Shown here: positions 21,649-31,204 of the stretch, in pieces | Layout of the letters: each line of letters starts with the position of its first letter | How positions within the stretch are numbered: position 1 is the stretch's first letter | DNA from: a virus | Taxonomy: Duplodnaviria; Caudoviricetes | Virus record (IMG/VR): IMGVR_UViG_3300042291_001013 | DNA: 64,000 nt | Direction: 5' to 3' (one strand) | Translations under genes and position numbers: made by a program | Notes under the pieces: model-generated | Seen by the model: only the letters and a program-made list of their open reading frames with translations | Database searches by the model: none | What the model was told of the DNA's origin: nothing

Positions 21649-21881
21649 TCTTTAACTCCGAAATGTTCTTTAACAAACAATTTAATTTCCTGAATTGGTA
21701 ACTCGTCATCGTCACCATATCGTTTTATCATACTATGAATTAAATCTTGCACAATCAACTCGGCGAACTTTTTGTATGCTACTTCACATTCCTCGGCACT
21801 CATCCATTTAGGCCAAGGGTTACCATTAAGGTCCACATACATTCCTGCTTCTTGAGCAAGTTGTTGAATTCGTTCGTTCAT
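21645..21881 (-). CDS. MNERIQQLAQEAG...FAELIV...KEHFGVKE family small protein
   Basis: Paralog of 21251-21451. Confidence 0.75.
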   Translation of the reverse strand: MNERIQQLAQEAGMYVDLNGNPWPKWMSAEECEVAYKKFAELIVQDLIHSMIKRYGDDDELPIQEIKLFVKEHFGVKE

Positions 21882-22147
21882 TACAAATCACCTTTGAGGG
21901 TGTGCCATACCTTGGGGTCACAACCCAAGTAGATGTGATACTTGACGTGATTGCGCCAGCGACTGAATCTATTTACTCGACCTTCAACCCAGTTGAACAT
22001 ACTGTCCCTGAACCATAGTGGGTTTACAATAGCAACTATCAGCAACACAGCCAAAAAGGGCATGCACACAATTACTGTAACCCAGTGAAAGGTCATGGCC
22101 CGATAAAAGCGGCCGCCTTCGGGTGTGAGTGTAATTTCTTTGTTCAT
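21881..22147 (-). CDS. Small membrane protein
   Basis: TM segment VTVIVCMPFLAVLLIVAIV; start trimmed to MNKEIT. Confidence 0.65.
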   Translation of the reverse strand: MNKEITLTPEGGRFYRAMTFHWVTVIVCMPFLAVLLIVAIVNPLWFRDSMFNWVEGRVNRFSRWRNHVKYHIYLGCDPKVWHTLKGDL

Positions 22148-22148
22148 G

Positions 22149-22574
22149 TTATTCCTCTTCAAAACAGTCGTATTCTTCTTCCTCTTCCTCGTCACCAGTT
22201 TCAATTTGAACATGCCCAAACATCAGCAGGCCTTGATCTGATGACACTTCAAAAGGTTCTGTAAATTCAACAAACGCACCGAGTCCTTGCAAAAATTCTT
22301 TGGTGTATTCTGTGTCACGGATATCTTCAACACGGATGCAACCAATTGATCCAGAGTCCACATCGTGCATGGTGCCAACATTGGACCTGTAAGTACCGTC
22401 ACCGTATGCAGTACCAAAGCTGGCAAAACAACGACCGTCCCGGAGTGTGAACTCGCCGTCAACCCCACGTCCAGGAGCACCCGGAGGGAAAAACAATTCG
22501 CAACATTCTTGCCATTCGGGGTGCATAACATAGCACAAGTCACCAATGTAGTATCGTCCTGCGGGCATAGTCAT
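22149..22574 (-). CDS. Conserved phage hypothetical protein
   Basis: PAGRYYIGDLCYV...TAYGDG...VDSGSIG; acidic tail. Confidence 0.75.
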   Translation of the reverse strand: MTMPAGRYYIGDLCYVMHPEWQECCELFFPPGAPGRGVDGEFTLRDGRCFASFGTAYGDGTYRSNVGTMHDVDSGSIGCIRVEDIRDTEYTKEFLQGLGAFVEFTEPFEVSSDQGLLMFGHVQIETGDEEEEEEYDCFEEE

Positions 22575-22579
22575 GTTTA

Positions 22580-22813
22580 TCACCATTCTTTCTTGTTGCC
22601 ATTGGCTTCGTTGTCACGATAACCTGCGGTGTAGGCTACGATTTCATGTGCAGTCATCTGTGCCAACTCAATCTTTGGTGAGTTGTAACTGTCACCTACA
22701 AAGTAGTGAGGATTGTACTCACGACCGTAGTAGCTGTCTGCTTGTCCGCGATCATAGGGACCTCCATGGCGTTCAGTGTAGTAACCAGTTTGTGTGTGTT
22801 CTAACAACATCAT
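22580..22813 (-). CDS. Conserved phage hypothetical protein
   Basis: HGGPYDRGQADSYYGR...AYTAGY. Confidence 0.72.
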   Translation of the reverse strand: MMLLEHTQTGYYTERHGGPYDRGQADSYYGREYNPHYFVGDSYNSPKIELAQMTAHEIVAYTAGYRDNEANGNKKEW

Positions 22814-22821
22814 TGAACTCC

Positions 22822-23193
22822 TTAAGCCGCTTTGCGGAAGTAACCATAGGGCAAGCCCTGGGTGAAACAAAAATATTCATGGTCGCCATTGGCGCCTTCG
22901 GCGTCTATGAGCCATGCAATCACACGCTCACGGTTGGTACCGGTGTGCATGAGACTGGTAACACGATCTTCAAACTTCACAATGGCGTCAGCTTCAGCTA
23001 CCTGACGATTGGCGTGTTCACGCTCGATCACAGAGCCCAGACTTGCAAACTCCATCTCAAATTCTGCAAGAGTCCAGGTGCTGGTATCAACACCGCGGGG
23101 ACGAACGCCATAGGCATCCTTGTACATGTCCCAGTACTGGCAAGCATACTGCTCGAGAGTGCTCATTTCTTCCCAGCTTTTGAACTCTTCCAT
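22822..23193 (-). CDS. Conserved phage hypothetical protein
   Basis: YWDMYKDAYGVRPR; GGAG SD. Confidence 0.75.
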   Translation of the reverse strand: MEEFKSWEEMSTLEQYACQYWDMYKDAYGVRPRGVDTSTWTLAEFEMEFASLGSVIEREHANRQVAEADAIVKFEDRVTSLMHTGTNRERVIAWLIDAEGANGDHEYFCFTQGLPYGYFRKAA

Positions 23194-23220
23194 CTTTGGC
23201 TCCTTTGTGTCTATGTGTGT

Positions 23221-23249
23221 ATTATAGCAGATTGGGATTAATTGGTCAA
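23221..23249 (-). promoter_or_regulatory. sigma70 early promoter
   Basis: TTGACC-17-TATAAT. Confidence 0.8.
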
Positions 23250-23581
23250 ACACCGCGAACATCTGTGTTCAAGTTGGGTCGGTGTGTGCGGATCAAGTCA
23301 CGTTCAAATGTGTGTGCTTCAGTTTTACCGCGCATCACAGCCAAAACGTTCACAGTAAAACCGCCAGTGCCACGCTCACGCATGCACTCATACAGTGCCC
23401 AAGATTTGTCTTCGCTACGTGAGCGATACAAGTGCTTCATGCAACGAGTCATCACGCTCTTTTTCACAGTGCTTGCAGTCTTGGCAGTTACGCCAATGTA
23501 AAAATCGCTACCGCTTGTGAGCATGTAAACAATGTGAGTACGATCTGTACGTTTTTTACGGGCTACTGTTTTTGTGTTCAT
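23246..23581 (-). CDS. Small GIY-YIG-family nuclease-like protein (leaderless)
   Basis: HIVYML...FYIGVTAK...R...E...LN; ATG 6 nt after TATAAT. Confidence 0.72.
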   Translation of the reverse strand: MNTKTVARKKRTDRTHIVYMLTSGSDFYIGVTAKTASTVKKSVMTRCMKHLYRSRSEDKSWALYECMRERGTGGFTVNVLAVMRGKTEAHTFERDLIRTHRPNLNTDVRGV

Positions 23582-23587
23582 GTGTAT

Positions 23588-23717
23588 ATTATAACCGATC
23601 TTGCGTTTTTGGTCAACCAGTTTTCACATGAAAAGTAGTACTAAAAAGTACTACTTTTTGGGGCTAAAAAGTGTTGTTTTTATGCTACAGTATAAACGAT
23701 CGGGGTATTTTGGTCAA
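23588..23717 (-). promoter_or_regulatory. Two tandem sigma70 promoters flanking a 12-bp perfect inverted repeat
   Basis: TTGACC-17-TATAAT (23616-23588) and TTGACC-17-TATACT (23717-23689); AAAAGTAGTACT/AGTACTACTTTT at 23631-23658. Confidence 0.75.
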
Positions 23718-23729
23718 GTAAATACCCCT

Positions 23730-24683
23730 ATGGATTACTCGGTTTTTATTGATCAAACATTGACCAAATATAACATTCCCTTTCATGCAGAGTTCAGTGC
23801 ATATTACACAAACTTTCATCCTGACCGTGGTTGGCCCGTAAAAATGCCCGACATTGAGCCAGGCAAATTTTTGGTCTTGCACTTGCCCGACTACATTACT
23901 TGGAAAGGTCGTCGCATACTTGAGCTGGAACAAATTGAACAACGTTATGGTGCTGACGCCAACCGAGTGATTGTACACTATTGGAATCATGGCCTGAGCC
24001 GATACTACGCAGGGCCACTCAACATTATTGAGTTTAGCAATCACAATCATGGTACTGCAAACAGCCTGCGAGACATTTATCCCGAGTGGAAAGATATTCT
24101 AAATCCTCGACGCACAAGATGGCAATGTTTGAACGGTCGCTATTGTCAACATCGCAGACGTGCGGTGGATGTTCTACAGCACTGGCCTCATGGTGTTCTA
24201 AGTTATGGTACAGAAATACCACTACCGGACTGGGGGTATGATCACTACATGGGTTGTAACAATCAAGAAAACTTTTTAAAATTAAAGTGGGTTTATGAGT
24301 CAGCGGCAATCAACATTGTGACTGAAACCATGTATGATGATGCTCCGGGTATTGTGACTGAAAAAACACAAATGGCTTTTGCCGCAGAACAAATACCCAT
24401 TGTGATTGGCCACCAAGGTATTGTACAAGACTGTCGTGAACTGGGCTTTGATATGTTTGATGATTTGGTAGATACCAGTTACGATATGTTGCCCAATGAT
24501 ATACGAGTAGAAGAAGCCCTGCGCAGAAATCAAGACCTTATCTTGGGTCGCGTTGACCTTGAACCTTATCGTGCTAGACTACAGCGTAATAGAGTATTCT
24601 TGCTTGACGAGTTTCCTGAACGTTGCCGATACAATTATGACCGTCAAGTTGCGGCCCTGGCCATGCGTCTAGGTACGATTTAA
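23730..24683 (+). CDS. Putative GT-B (GT10-like) glycosyltransferase, paralog 1
   Basis: INIVTET...IVTEKT...PIVIG...LGFDMFDDLVDTSYD; TAAATA at 23719-23724. Confidence 0.55.
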   Translation: MDYSVFIDQTLTKYNIPFHAEFSAYYTNFHPDRGWPVKMPDIEPGKFLVLHLPDYITWKGRRILELEQIEQRYGADANRVIVHYWNHGLSRYYAGPLNIIEFSNHNHGTANSLRDIYPEWKDILNPRRTRWQCLNGRYCQHRRRAVDVLQHWPHGVLSYGTEIPLPDWGYDHYMGCNNQENFLKLKWVYESAAINIVTETMYDDAPGIVTEKTQMAFAAEQIPIVIGHQGIVQDCRELGFDMFDDLVDTSYDMLPNDIRVEEALRRNQDLILGRVDLEPYRARLQRNRVFLLDEFPERCRYNYDRQVAALAMRLGTI

Positions 24684-25034
24684 ATATCTCAAAAACTTTT
24701 CAAGATCGCCGTACAAGGAATACGTTGTGGCTTCCTTGCTACCAAACAATAATAGTTTGGGCTTCTTGCCAAGAAAGATGTAGTAAGGACAGGTGAGCTT
24801 GCGATCAAATGTTAGCAGTTGGCCTGGCAATGCAGGCATACTAGCAGGAATATCAAACTCGTAGTGTGCAATTTCTAACTGACTAAAAACAAAAAAGCCC
24901 TCGGCAGTTAAGCGTAAGCCTGCATGTTCGTCGGGATTTTTCCACCACTCTTGTAGTGCTTGATCTAATGTGGGATTGATCTCCCACTTGAGCTGATCTA
25001 ATATCTGTTGAGTTAGAGAGATCTTATTGAACAT
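24669..25034 (-). CDS. Conserved phage hypothetical protein
   Basis: WWKN...GLRLT..GF...PYYI. Confidence 0.7.
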   Translation of the reverse strand: MFNKISLTQQILDQLKWEINPTLDQALQEWWKNPDEHAGLRLTAEGFFVFSQLEIAHYEFDIPASMPALPGQLLTFDRKLTCPYYIFLGKKPKLLLFGSKEATTYSLYGDLEKFLRYLNRT

Positions 25035-25320
25035 TGGGGTACACTTGCGCCCCTTGCGTCAAGAGCACAACTGTGAATTTGTCGGTCTTGAACTGTGTGT
25101 TGAGTTTCTTGGCCAGGTTCTTGGCATGCCCTGGATTTGAAAAGCTGACCTTTTTGTACTTGGGGCCAGGATATTGAGTCAGTAGATTTGACGTCTTGAG
25201 GTTGATGGGTTTGGAATCGTAGAACACCGCCCACACACCTTCTGAAGCCAGTACTTGCTCAGTCTTGTATGTTTGTTTGTCAGTGTGCTCAACCAGCACT
25301 AATGGCTTGGGTCTACTCAT
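25024..25320 (-). CDS. Conserved phage hypothetical protein
   Basis: MSRPKP...YKKVSFSNPGHA.NLAKKLN; TAAATA at 25337-25342. Confidence 0.75.
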   Translation of the reverse strand: MSRPKPLVLVEHTDKQTYKTEQVLASEGVWAVFYDSKPINLKTSNLLTQYPGPKYKKVSFSNPGHAKNLAKKLNTQFKTDKFTVVLLTQGAQVYPNVQ

Positions 25321-25351
25321 CGTTATCTCCGTAGTTTATTTATCTCAAAAA

Positions 25352-25564
25352 CTACGTGCTTTTGAAACTCCCACCCACAAGTTCAATCTCAACAACTTCT
25401 TCTTTGGCGGCTGGAATTCCACGCAAGATTTCCAAGGTCAGCAACAATTTGGTAATGTCACTGTGTAAATCCTTGGCATCTCGCAAGGTCATTGTTAAAT
25501 CGCGTTGATTGCGACTCTCTGCGGCTTTGATAGCGTCAACAAATCGATTTATATGCAAGCTCAT
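25352..25564 (-). CDS. Small hypothetical protein
   Basis: ORF track; ATGA-coupled. Confidence 0.65.
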   Translation of the reverse strand: MSLHINRFVDAIKAAESRNQRDLTMTLRDAKDLHSDITKLLLTLEILRGIPAAKEEVVEIELVGGSFKST

Positions 25565-25953
25565 TTTGTTTGCAAGTATGGATCATTTTTGTGAAGATGT
25601 GGTTTCAAGTCCGGTGCTGTCCAGCCCACAGGCTTGAGTACCTTGCCATCTTCGCGCTTGCGAACTTTGCCAGTTTCTCGATCAATCTTGGCAAAGTTAG
25701 TGCGCATGACTTCTTTCCAGCCACCTTCAGCGTCCATGCCTGCTGAGTGGATGGCACCAATTGTCACAACAAGAATATCCAGCAAGGCATCTAAGATTTC
25801 TTCATCGTTGTTGTCAACTAGAGCTTGTTTGAGTTCTTTGTGTTCTTCTTCAATCAAGGAACAGTACATGTCAAACTGTGTGCCATTGAACTTTTCAACC
25901 GACTGGTCGCAGGCCCGCATGAATTTTTCTTGATCACGAAACGGATTGGTCAT
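25561..25953 (-). CDS. MazG-like (all-alpha) NTP pyrophosphohydrolase
   Basis: LIEEEHKEL...ILDALLDILVVTIG...VMRTNFAK...REDGKVLKP. Confidence 0.85.
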   Translation of the reverse strand: MTNPFRDQEKFMRACDQSVEKFNGTQFDMYCSLIEEEHKELKQALVDNNDEEILDALLDILVVTIGAIHSAGMDAEGGWKEVMRTNFAKIDRETGKVRKREDGKVLKPVGWTAPDLKPHLHKNDPYLQTK

Positions 25954-26386
25954 TTGCTTCTTCTTTGGTATGGAAAGGACCTGCATACTTGTAGCGTTGC
26001 AAGGTAATGAGCTTGGGGTGCTGTATAGTCTTCCAAGTTCGATGTTGTTTAACACTATACCAACCTGCCGCATACCAGCTCTTGCTTTTGTTGTCACGAG
26101 TGAACAATGGTAACTTTAACTGTACATTCCACAAGGGATTGTACACTTGTCCAGTAACTTCAAAGCCATGAACAATGTTGGCCGGTACTGGGTGAGATTC
26201 TACTAAAGGTTCAAACTCAATATTGGCCGCTTGACGGGCCATTTTGATAGTTTTGTATTGTGCTACGCTATCGTTAATTCGTATGGTGCAGTTACCATTC
26301 TCGGCTACTTCAAGTTGACCAACCTTGCGGTTATCCTGCTTGAGTATCCAAAACTGGTTCTCTACTACGGGTTTGGCTAATATCAT
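25934..26386 (-). CDS. Conserved phage hypothetical protein
   Basis: AKPVVENQFWIL...YAAGWY...GPF. Confidence 0.7.
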   Translation of the reverse strand: MILAKPVVENQFWILKQDNRKVGQLEVAENGNCTIRINDSVAQYKTIKMARQAANIEFEPLVESHPVPANIVHGFEVTGQVYNPLWNVQLKLPLFTRDNKSKSWYAAGWYSVKQHRTWKTIQHPKLITLQRYKYAGPFHTKEEANDQSVS

Positions 26387-27380
26387 CTAGTACTCCTTTA
26401 TATGTTTCGTTGAGCCAACGACTAACTTGATCTGCATTGTCACTAAGTTTGGTCAGCTCGTATTTGCCACAGAACTTTAGAAAGTGTGCGCCTACCATGC
26501 CTACATCCTTGTGTGAAATTTGTTCATGGATGCAAGAATCCACTGTGGCTTTGATATCTGCAGGTTGTGCTGTAAGATCAACCAAGGTACAATTACGCTC
26601 GTAGTCATCCAACACACGATGTTCTTCACCATTGTGGTCAGTCCAACGTTGCAACATTAGATTGTTCCACGAGTAGCCTTTTTTGTCTCGATCCCCATAG
26701 GCTTCCTCGAGACCAACTTTATTCTTTGTGCCTTTAGTACGTACTCCCGGATATGCAGAAAAGACATTGTCGGATGTGTCTCCACGCATACACTTCTCAA
26801 ATAACAGCCAGGATGGATCCGGAATCGTTTTTGGCTGTTTAGTTTTCTTATCATTGACACGGTTACCTTTAGCATCAAATATGCCCTCCAGAGTAAGTAG
26901 TTCATCTGAGATACCATTGTACTGCGTGACATTGGCGGCCAATAACTGTACAAAGTCAGTGTCTGAGCTTACGATTGTGTGTTCATCTTGGGGGTGTAAT
27001 GCAATCCAACGTGCTATGATATCATCTGCTTCAGCAGTGGCACAACGGATAACGCTACAATTTGTTTTTGCAGACAAGTATTTAGTCAGCTCATCATACG
27101 TTTCCCAGAACAGCTTGTCCTCTTCTGCTTCTGTTTCAGTCATTGCACCACGTGCTACTGCTCGGTTTGCTTTGTAAGGCTTGTAAAAATCCTTGCGCCA
27201 GCTACGACCTTCCAGTGCGAATACAACATGGTCTGCTTGAAAACGCTTGGCCACTTTGTTGGCAGCCATGATTGTGACATGCAGGGCAAAGCCCAGTTTG
27301 GTCCATGTGTCGCTGGCACGATGTGCGCTGTGGCGAGCACGAAAAAACATGTTGGCAGTGTCAATCAGTAGGTATTTCAT
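26331..27380 (-). CDS. T4 RNase H-like 5'-3' exonuclease/flap endonuclease
   Basis: LLIDTAN, WRKDFY..YKANR, EADDII, SSDTDFVQL, RGDTSDNV..AYPGV. Confidence 0.9.
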   Translation of the reverse strand: MKYLLIDTANMFFRARHSAHRASDTWTKLGFALHVTIMAANKVAKRFQADHVVFALEGRSWRKDFYKPYKANRAVARGAMTETEAEEDKLFWETYDELTKYLSAKTNCSVIRCATAEADDIIARWIALHPQDEHTIVSSDTDFVQLLAANVTQYNGISDELLTLEGIFDAKGNRVNDKKTKQPKTIPDPSWLLFEKCMRGDTSDNVFSAYPGVRTKGTKNKVGLEEAYGDRDKKGYSWNNLMLQRWTDHNGEEHRVLDDYERNCTLVDLTAQPADIKATVDSCIHEQISHKDVGMVGAHFLKFCGKYELTKLSDNADQVSRWLNETYKGVLDDISQTRSREPVLDTQAG

Positions 27381-28089
27381 TTGTGGAAATCAAGTTGTTA
27401 TCGTTGATGTATTGTAACACATAATCAGCCCAAAGTCTATGACTTTTGGCATCAAAGTGATAACTTGCGGCATTTGCGTATGTGCCACCGTTGTTTATTA
27501 GCCAATTATGGTAGGATTCTTCCCGAATATATGGGTGCATATAATTCTTACCCCAATTATAGTGATTTTGGATATCACTGAATGTACTATGCCCGTTAAA
27601 GAACAAGTGGCGTATACCTTGTTCTTTAAGATATTGGTGCATGGTCCAAATCTTGTTGTGTGCCTCGGGAGTCTTGATATTCCAATCTACACTAATCACA
27701 AAGTGTTTATAACGTTCTTGTAACTCATCTGGTACAGTATCTATGCCCGATGCATTGACCTGATACCACTTTCCATTGTGAAGCCATTCTTCACGTTCCC
27801 ATGTAGTCCACTGCAACACCATAAAGGTGTCTTGAAGTTTATCAGGGTTGTTTTCTATCCAGTTTAGTGTAGTTCGGATTGTGCGGTCATTACTACCACC
27901 CGAGCTGGCTTCACAAACTAATTCAGCACTTAACTTGTCAGCAACACGCTTACCATAACTGACTGCTAGATTAGCAGGATGTGGTTCGGTGCCCATCTTC
28001 CATAGTTGTCCATCATCGCAAGCCCATGCATGAGGAACAGCGGCTTCGGCCCCCGCAGAGTGACTGCAACCATTCACATACAGTATCAT
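27361..28089 (-). CDS. SGNH-hydrolase-like protein, paralog 1
   Basis: NGCSHS, SGGSND, C-terminal HFDAKSH. Confidence 0.6.
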   Translation of the reverse strand: MILYVNGCSHSAGAEAAVPHAWACDDGQLWKMGTEPHPANLAVSYGKRVADKLSAELVCEASSGGSNDRTIRTTLNWIENNPDKLQDTFMVLQWTTWEREEWLHNGKWYQVNASGIDTVPDELQERYKHFVISVDWNIKTPEAHNKIWTMHQYLKEQGIRHLFFNGHSTFSDIQNHYNWGKNYMHPYIREESYHNWLINNGGTYANAASYHFDAKSHRLWADYVLQYINDNNLISTNEIPTD

Positions 28090-28562
28090 TTTTGTGGTGA
28101 TACTTTTTCAGACTCTGCGGCAACCACACGTTTGCGCAGGCTTGAGCTTGAAAAACTATGATCACGCTTGTTGTAAACGTGTTCAATTTGACGTCCGTGT
28201 CCTTCGCTACGACCAGTAAAGTTGGTATCTTCGTATTCTTCTCCAAGGATCCGCACATCAAGTGGCAGTGTAAGGATCAAGTCGATCAAATCTTGTTCTG
28301 TGGTGTACACAACAATTTCATCTACAAAACGGCAAGCACTCAATTGAATCTGACGCTCGATGATACTTTGCACCGGGGGATTTTTAACACCCGGGCGATC
28401 AATTGATGCATCAGTTTGCAGGCCTGCAATCAAGTAATCACAATGATTCTTGGCTTCTGCTAACATAGCAATATGCCCTGCATGTAGCATGTCAAATTGA
28501 CTGAATGTGATGCCGATTTTTTTACCCTCGGCTTTGAGTTCTTTGATGTGATTGAATATCAT
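28086..28562 (-). CDS. Cytidylyltransferase (TagD-like)
   Basis: FDMLHAGH (HxGH), KNPPVQSIIER, SFSSSSLR. Confidence 0.88.
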   Translation of the reverse strand: MIFNHIKELKAEGKKIGITFSQFDMLHAGHIAMLAEAKNHCDYLIAGLQTDASIDRPGVKNPPVQSIIERQIQLSACRFVDEIVVYTTEQDLIDLILTLPLDVRILGEEYEDTNFTGRSEGHGRQIEHVYNKRDHSFSSSSLRKRVVAAESEKVSPQK

Positions 28563-28951
28563 GATACTTCACTCCGTCCGTTACCAATATCTGTAGTCTT
28601 AACATATATGCCCGATTGTCGCATGGCTTGCTCTTGTTCCCAAGTTTCCATTACAACGTGTCTACACACATTTTGGAACCAACGATCTACAATCTCTCCG
28701 TCGGTGTCTGTAGGCTTCATCATGTAGCCGGCTTTGACCAAGCGAGCCACAAAGATTTCATTCCAGTCTAGTTCAAATGCACCTTGATGCAAGTTGTTTG
28801 GATCCACATCCATACTCAGCACAGCTACATAAGGTTCACCTTTTTCGGTAGCAATCTGCTTGGCAGACTTTTCAGTTGCCTTAGTTACTCGTGGTGTTTT
28901 TTCTGTACGCACTGGCGGCGGTGCAACTTTTTTCTTTAACCAATCAAACAT
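28559..28951 (-). CDS. Conserved phage hypothetical protein
   Basis: ATEKGEPYVAVL...FELDWN...IVDRWF. Confidence 0.7.
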   Translation of the reverse strand: MFDWLKKKVAPPPVRTEKTPRVTKATEKSAKQIATEKGEPYVAVLSMDVDPNNLHQGAFELDWNEIFVARLVKAGYMMKPTDTDGEIVDRWFQNVCRHVVMETWEQEQAMRQSGIYVKTTDIGNGRSEVS

Positions 28952-28983
28952 TTCAAATGCTCCATCCAAATACATTATTCAAT

Positions 28984-29700
28984 TTACCCATTTAATGGGT
29001 GTATCCAATCTTTCAACATTACAGCAAAATTTTTATGCCCTTGCTCACTTAAATGTCCAGTAACTGGATGACTGGCTGCATCGTTTTGTTGAGCCCATTG
29101 TAACATACAAAAATCATGTAACTGATGAATATTTTTGTTTTCAGAACACCACTTGACTTGGTGCAATGATTCAATATAAGGAAAACTCTGTATAGGTATT
29201 TCGATATTTTTAGCTGCCGAAAAACAAAAAAACTCACAACCCAATGACTTGATAGTGTGTGCCAGCATGTACAAATCTGTATAAAAATCTGTCAGTTGCT
29301 TGTGAACAAACAGATCTTCAGATATCAAACACTTTTGTTCTATAGTAGCTTCTCCTAACGAAGTAAGAACATCTAACGTTACTAACTTTGGCTGAAGATG
29401 ATCCGGAGCAGAAGTACGATCTGGAATTCGTCCTATAACTCGTGGATTATTACCGTAATACCATACTTCGATCCGTCTAATAAAACTCCATCCTATAATA
29501 ACTAGTGGATTTGAAAAAGTTTTTTTTAATTCTAATAAATTTTCAAGAGTGCTTCTTACAATCCGTTTGTTATTACTACCGGCTTTTGCAATATTAATAA
29601 TTGGTATAGCTAAACTCTCAGCTAAAAATTCACTGTACACTCTGTGTTCAGGAGTTAATTGACTGTAACTATCACCGTTTACTAACACGCAATCAAACAT
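28984..29700 (-). CDS. SGNH-hydrolase-like protein, paralog 2
   Basis: NGDSYS, AGSNN, GHLSEQGH. Confidence 0.6.
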   Translation of the reverse strand: MFDCVLVNGDSYSQLTPEHRVYSEFLAESLAIPIINIAKAGSNNKRIVRSTLENLLELKKTFSNPLVIIGWSFIRRIEVWYYGNNPRVIGRIPDRTSAPDHLQPKLVTLDVLTSLGEATIEQKCLISEDLFVHKQLTDFYTDLYMLAHTIKSLGCEFFCFSAAKNIEIPIQSFPYIESLHQVKWCSENKNIHQLHDFCMLQWAQQNDAASHPVTGHLSEQGHKNFAVMLKDWIHPLNG

Positions 29701-30545
29701 CACTTGCCCCAGCCGTTGCCCCAAAGATCAACGTGCAGTCGGGGACTGTACCAGTAACCACGTTTGAGTGCTTCGTCAGCAACGTTGATACGATTACCAT
29801 CATACACTGACACCACACCGCCCACAGGCATCACAAACACAGGACCAGCAAAGTCACGCAAGCGATATTCATCCACGGCACGATCCAACTCGTCAAAGTC
29901 TTCCATCTTTTCAACCACAAATTTAAGATATGTGACACCTGAGGTTTCGTAGTCCCACACAATCTCGGGCTTGATAGCATCTTCCCAGGTCTCACCACTG
30001 ACACTGAGCTTGGGGCTAACTGAAAATGTAATTTCACCATGCCAGCCACGCAGATACTCTTTGAAGTCTCTATGAAGTTCTTGGGTGCCGTTGGTTTCAA
30101 AAGTGATGTGTCGCAGTCCATTACGATGCAACACATCCAACAACTCTGGATAGGCTTTTTGCCAGCCCAACAGCGGCTCACCGCCAGTGATCACAAGATG
30201 CACAGGATTGCCATTGGGTTGCAACCAATGCTGGTGCGGCAACAATGCTGTGATTTTTTCAACTAGTTCTTCAACTTTGTAGGTGGGGCTTAGATGTTTG
30301 AATGCTGGATGCCATGAAGCATAGCTGTCACAGCCAGTGTTTACCAGCGGAAGTTCTTCAAACGTCTTGTACAGACTCACAGTCTTTGCAACTTCGTCCG
30401 CTTCGGGACTCTTCTTACCGGGCTTGCAGCCAAACCCCGAGCAGGTAAAGTTGCATCCAAACATACGCAAGAACACGCTGGGAACACCAACATAGCGTCC
30501 TTCGCCTTGTGCTGAATAAAATAATTCGCTTACTTTAAATTTCAT
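29700..30545 (-). CDS. queE: 7-carboxy-7-deazaguanine synthase (radical SAM)
   Basis: SELFYSAQGEGRYVGVPSVFLRMFGCNFTC...CDS, ITGGEP, ETNGT, SVSPK, PRLHVDLW. Confidence 0.93.
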   Translation of the reverse strand: MKFKVSELFYSAQGEGRYVGVPSVFLRMFGCNFTCSGFGCKPGKKSPEADEVAKTVSLYKTFEELPLVNTGCDSYASWHPAFKHLSPTYKVEELVEKITALLPHQHWLQPNGNPVHLVITGGEPLLGWQKAYPELLDVLHRNGLRHITFETNGTQELHRDFKEYLRGWHGEITFSVSPKLSVSGETWEDAIKPEIVWDYETSGVTYLKFVVEKMEDFDELDRAVDEYRLRDFAGPVFVMPVGGVVSVYDGNRINVADEALKRGYWYSPRLHVDLWGNGWGK

Positions 30546-31201
30546 AGTCTTGTTACCTTTGTCATTCCCGACTTGCGGGGATCTTTATTTAGATTGATAC
30601 TCTCTTCATGCATTATAACACGAGTAGATTGTTTTGTCACCCAGCCAGGCAATACTGCATCCAAATAGGCCAAATGCTCCGCAGGGCTGGGATGTGGATC
30701 ACCGTTTCTGTTGGGCCAACTGTTTTGAAACATCACGTTTTGATAGCTAGGCAAAATGCAATCTACAACATCTTGATAGATATTTAGAGAATTGAAATGA
30801 TCCATGGATAAAAATTTCCATTGCACTTGCCGGGTTTCTAACAATGTTTTTACTGCTTTGATATAAGCTAGGGTTTTTATTAACAGGCCTCTCTCATCAA
30901 CGTGTGACGCAAGGTAGTCTTTGTTGTATATCGGGCAACTAAACATATTGCCTAATGTGTGCCAGCGGTCGTTAACATATCTATCTTCTCGTGTGGCAGT
31001 AGTCCAACATACTATCACAGTATCTTGCGGGCCAAATTGCTGACGCTGATCGGCTTCCATCACGCTGTTGAATATAAATTCGTTGCCTGCCCCGCTCTGT
31101 CCCCAGTTTTCAAAATAATCAAATTCTGGGGCAAGGCAGTCGGCCCAGGTGCTCCAACGATAGTTAGTAAAACTGCAACCAAATGCAAACAGTCTTTGCA
31201 T
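30542..31201 (-). CDS. SGNH-hydrolase-like protein, paralog 3
   Basis: FGCSFT, SGAGN, DPHPSPAEH. Confidence 0.6.
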   Translation of the reverse strand: MQRLFAFGCSFTNYRWSTWADCLAPEFDYFENWGQSGAGNEFIFNSVMEADQRQQFGPQDTVIVCWTTATREDRYVNDRWHTLGNMFSCPIYNKDYLASHVDERGLLIKTLAYIKAVKTLLETRQVQWKFLSMDHFNSLNIYQDVVDCILPSYQNVMFQNSWPNRNGDPHPSPAEHLAYLDAVLPGWVTKQSTRVIMHEESINLNKDPRKSGMTKVTRL

Positions 31202-31204
31202 GTA

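Larger units (their letters stand above)
20716..21672 (-). repeat. Four copies of a gene-junction repeat GGAGTT(G/A)AAGAATGA / GGAGTTGAATGA
   Basis: Copies at 20716-20730, 21090-21104, 21251-21262 and 21645-21659; three extend to (A)AAGAACATTTCGGAGTT-like sequence. Confidence 0.85.
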
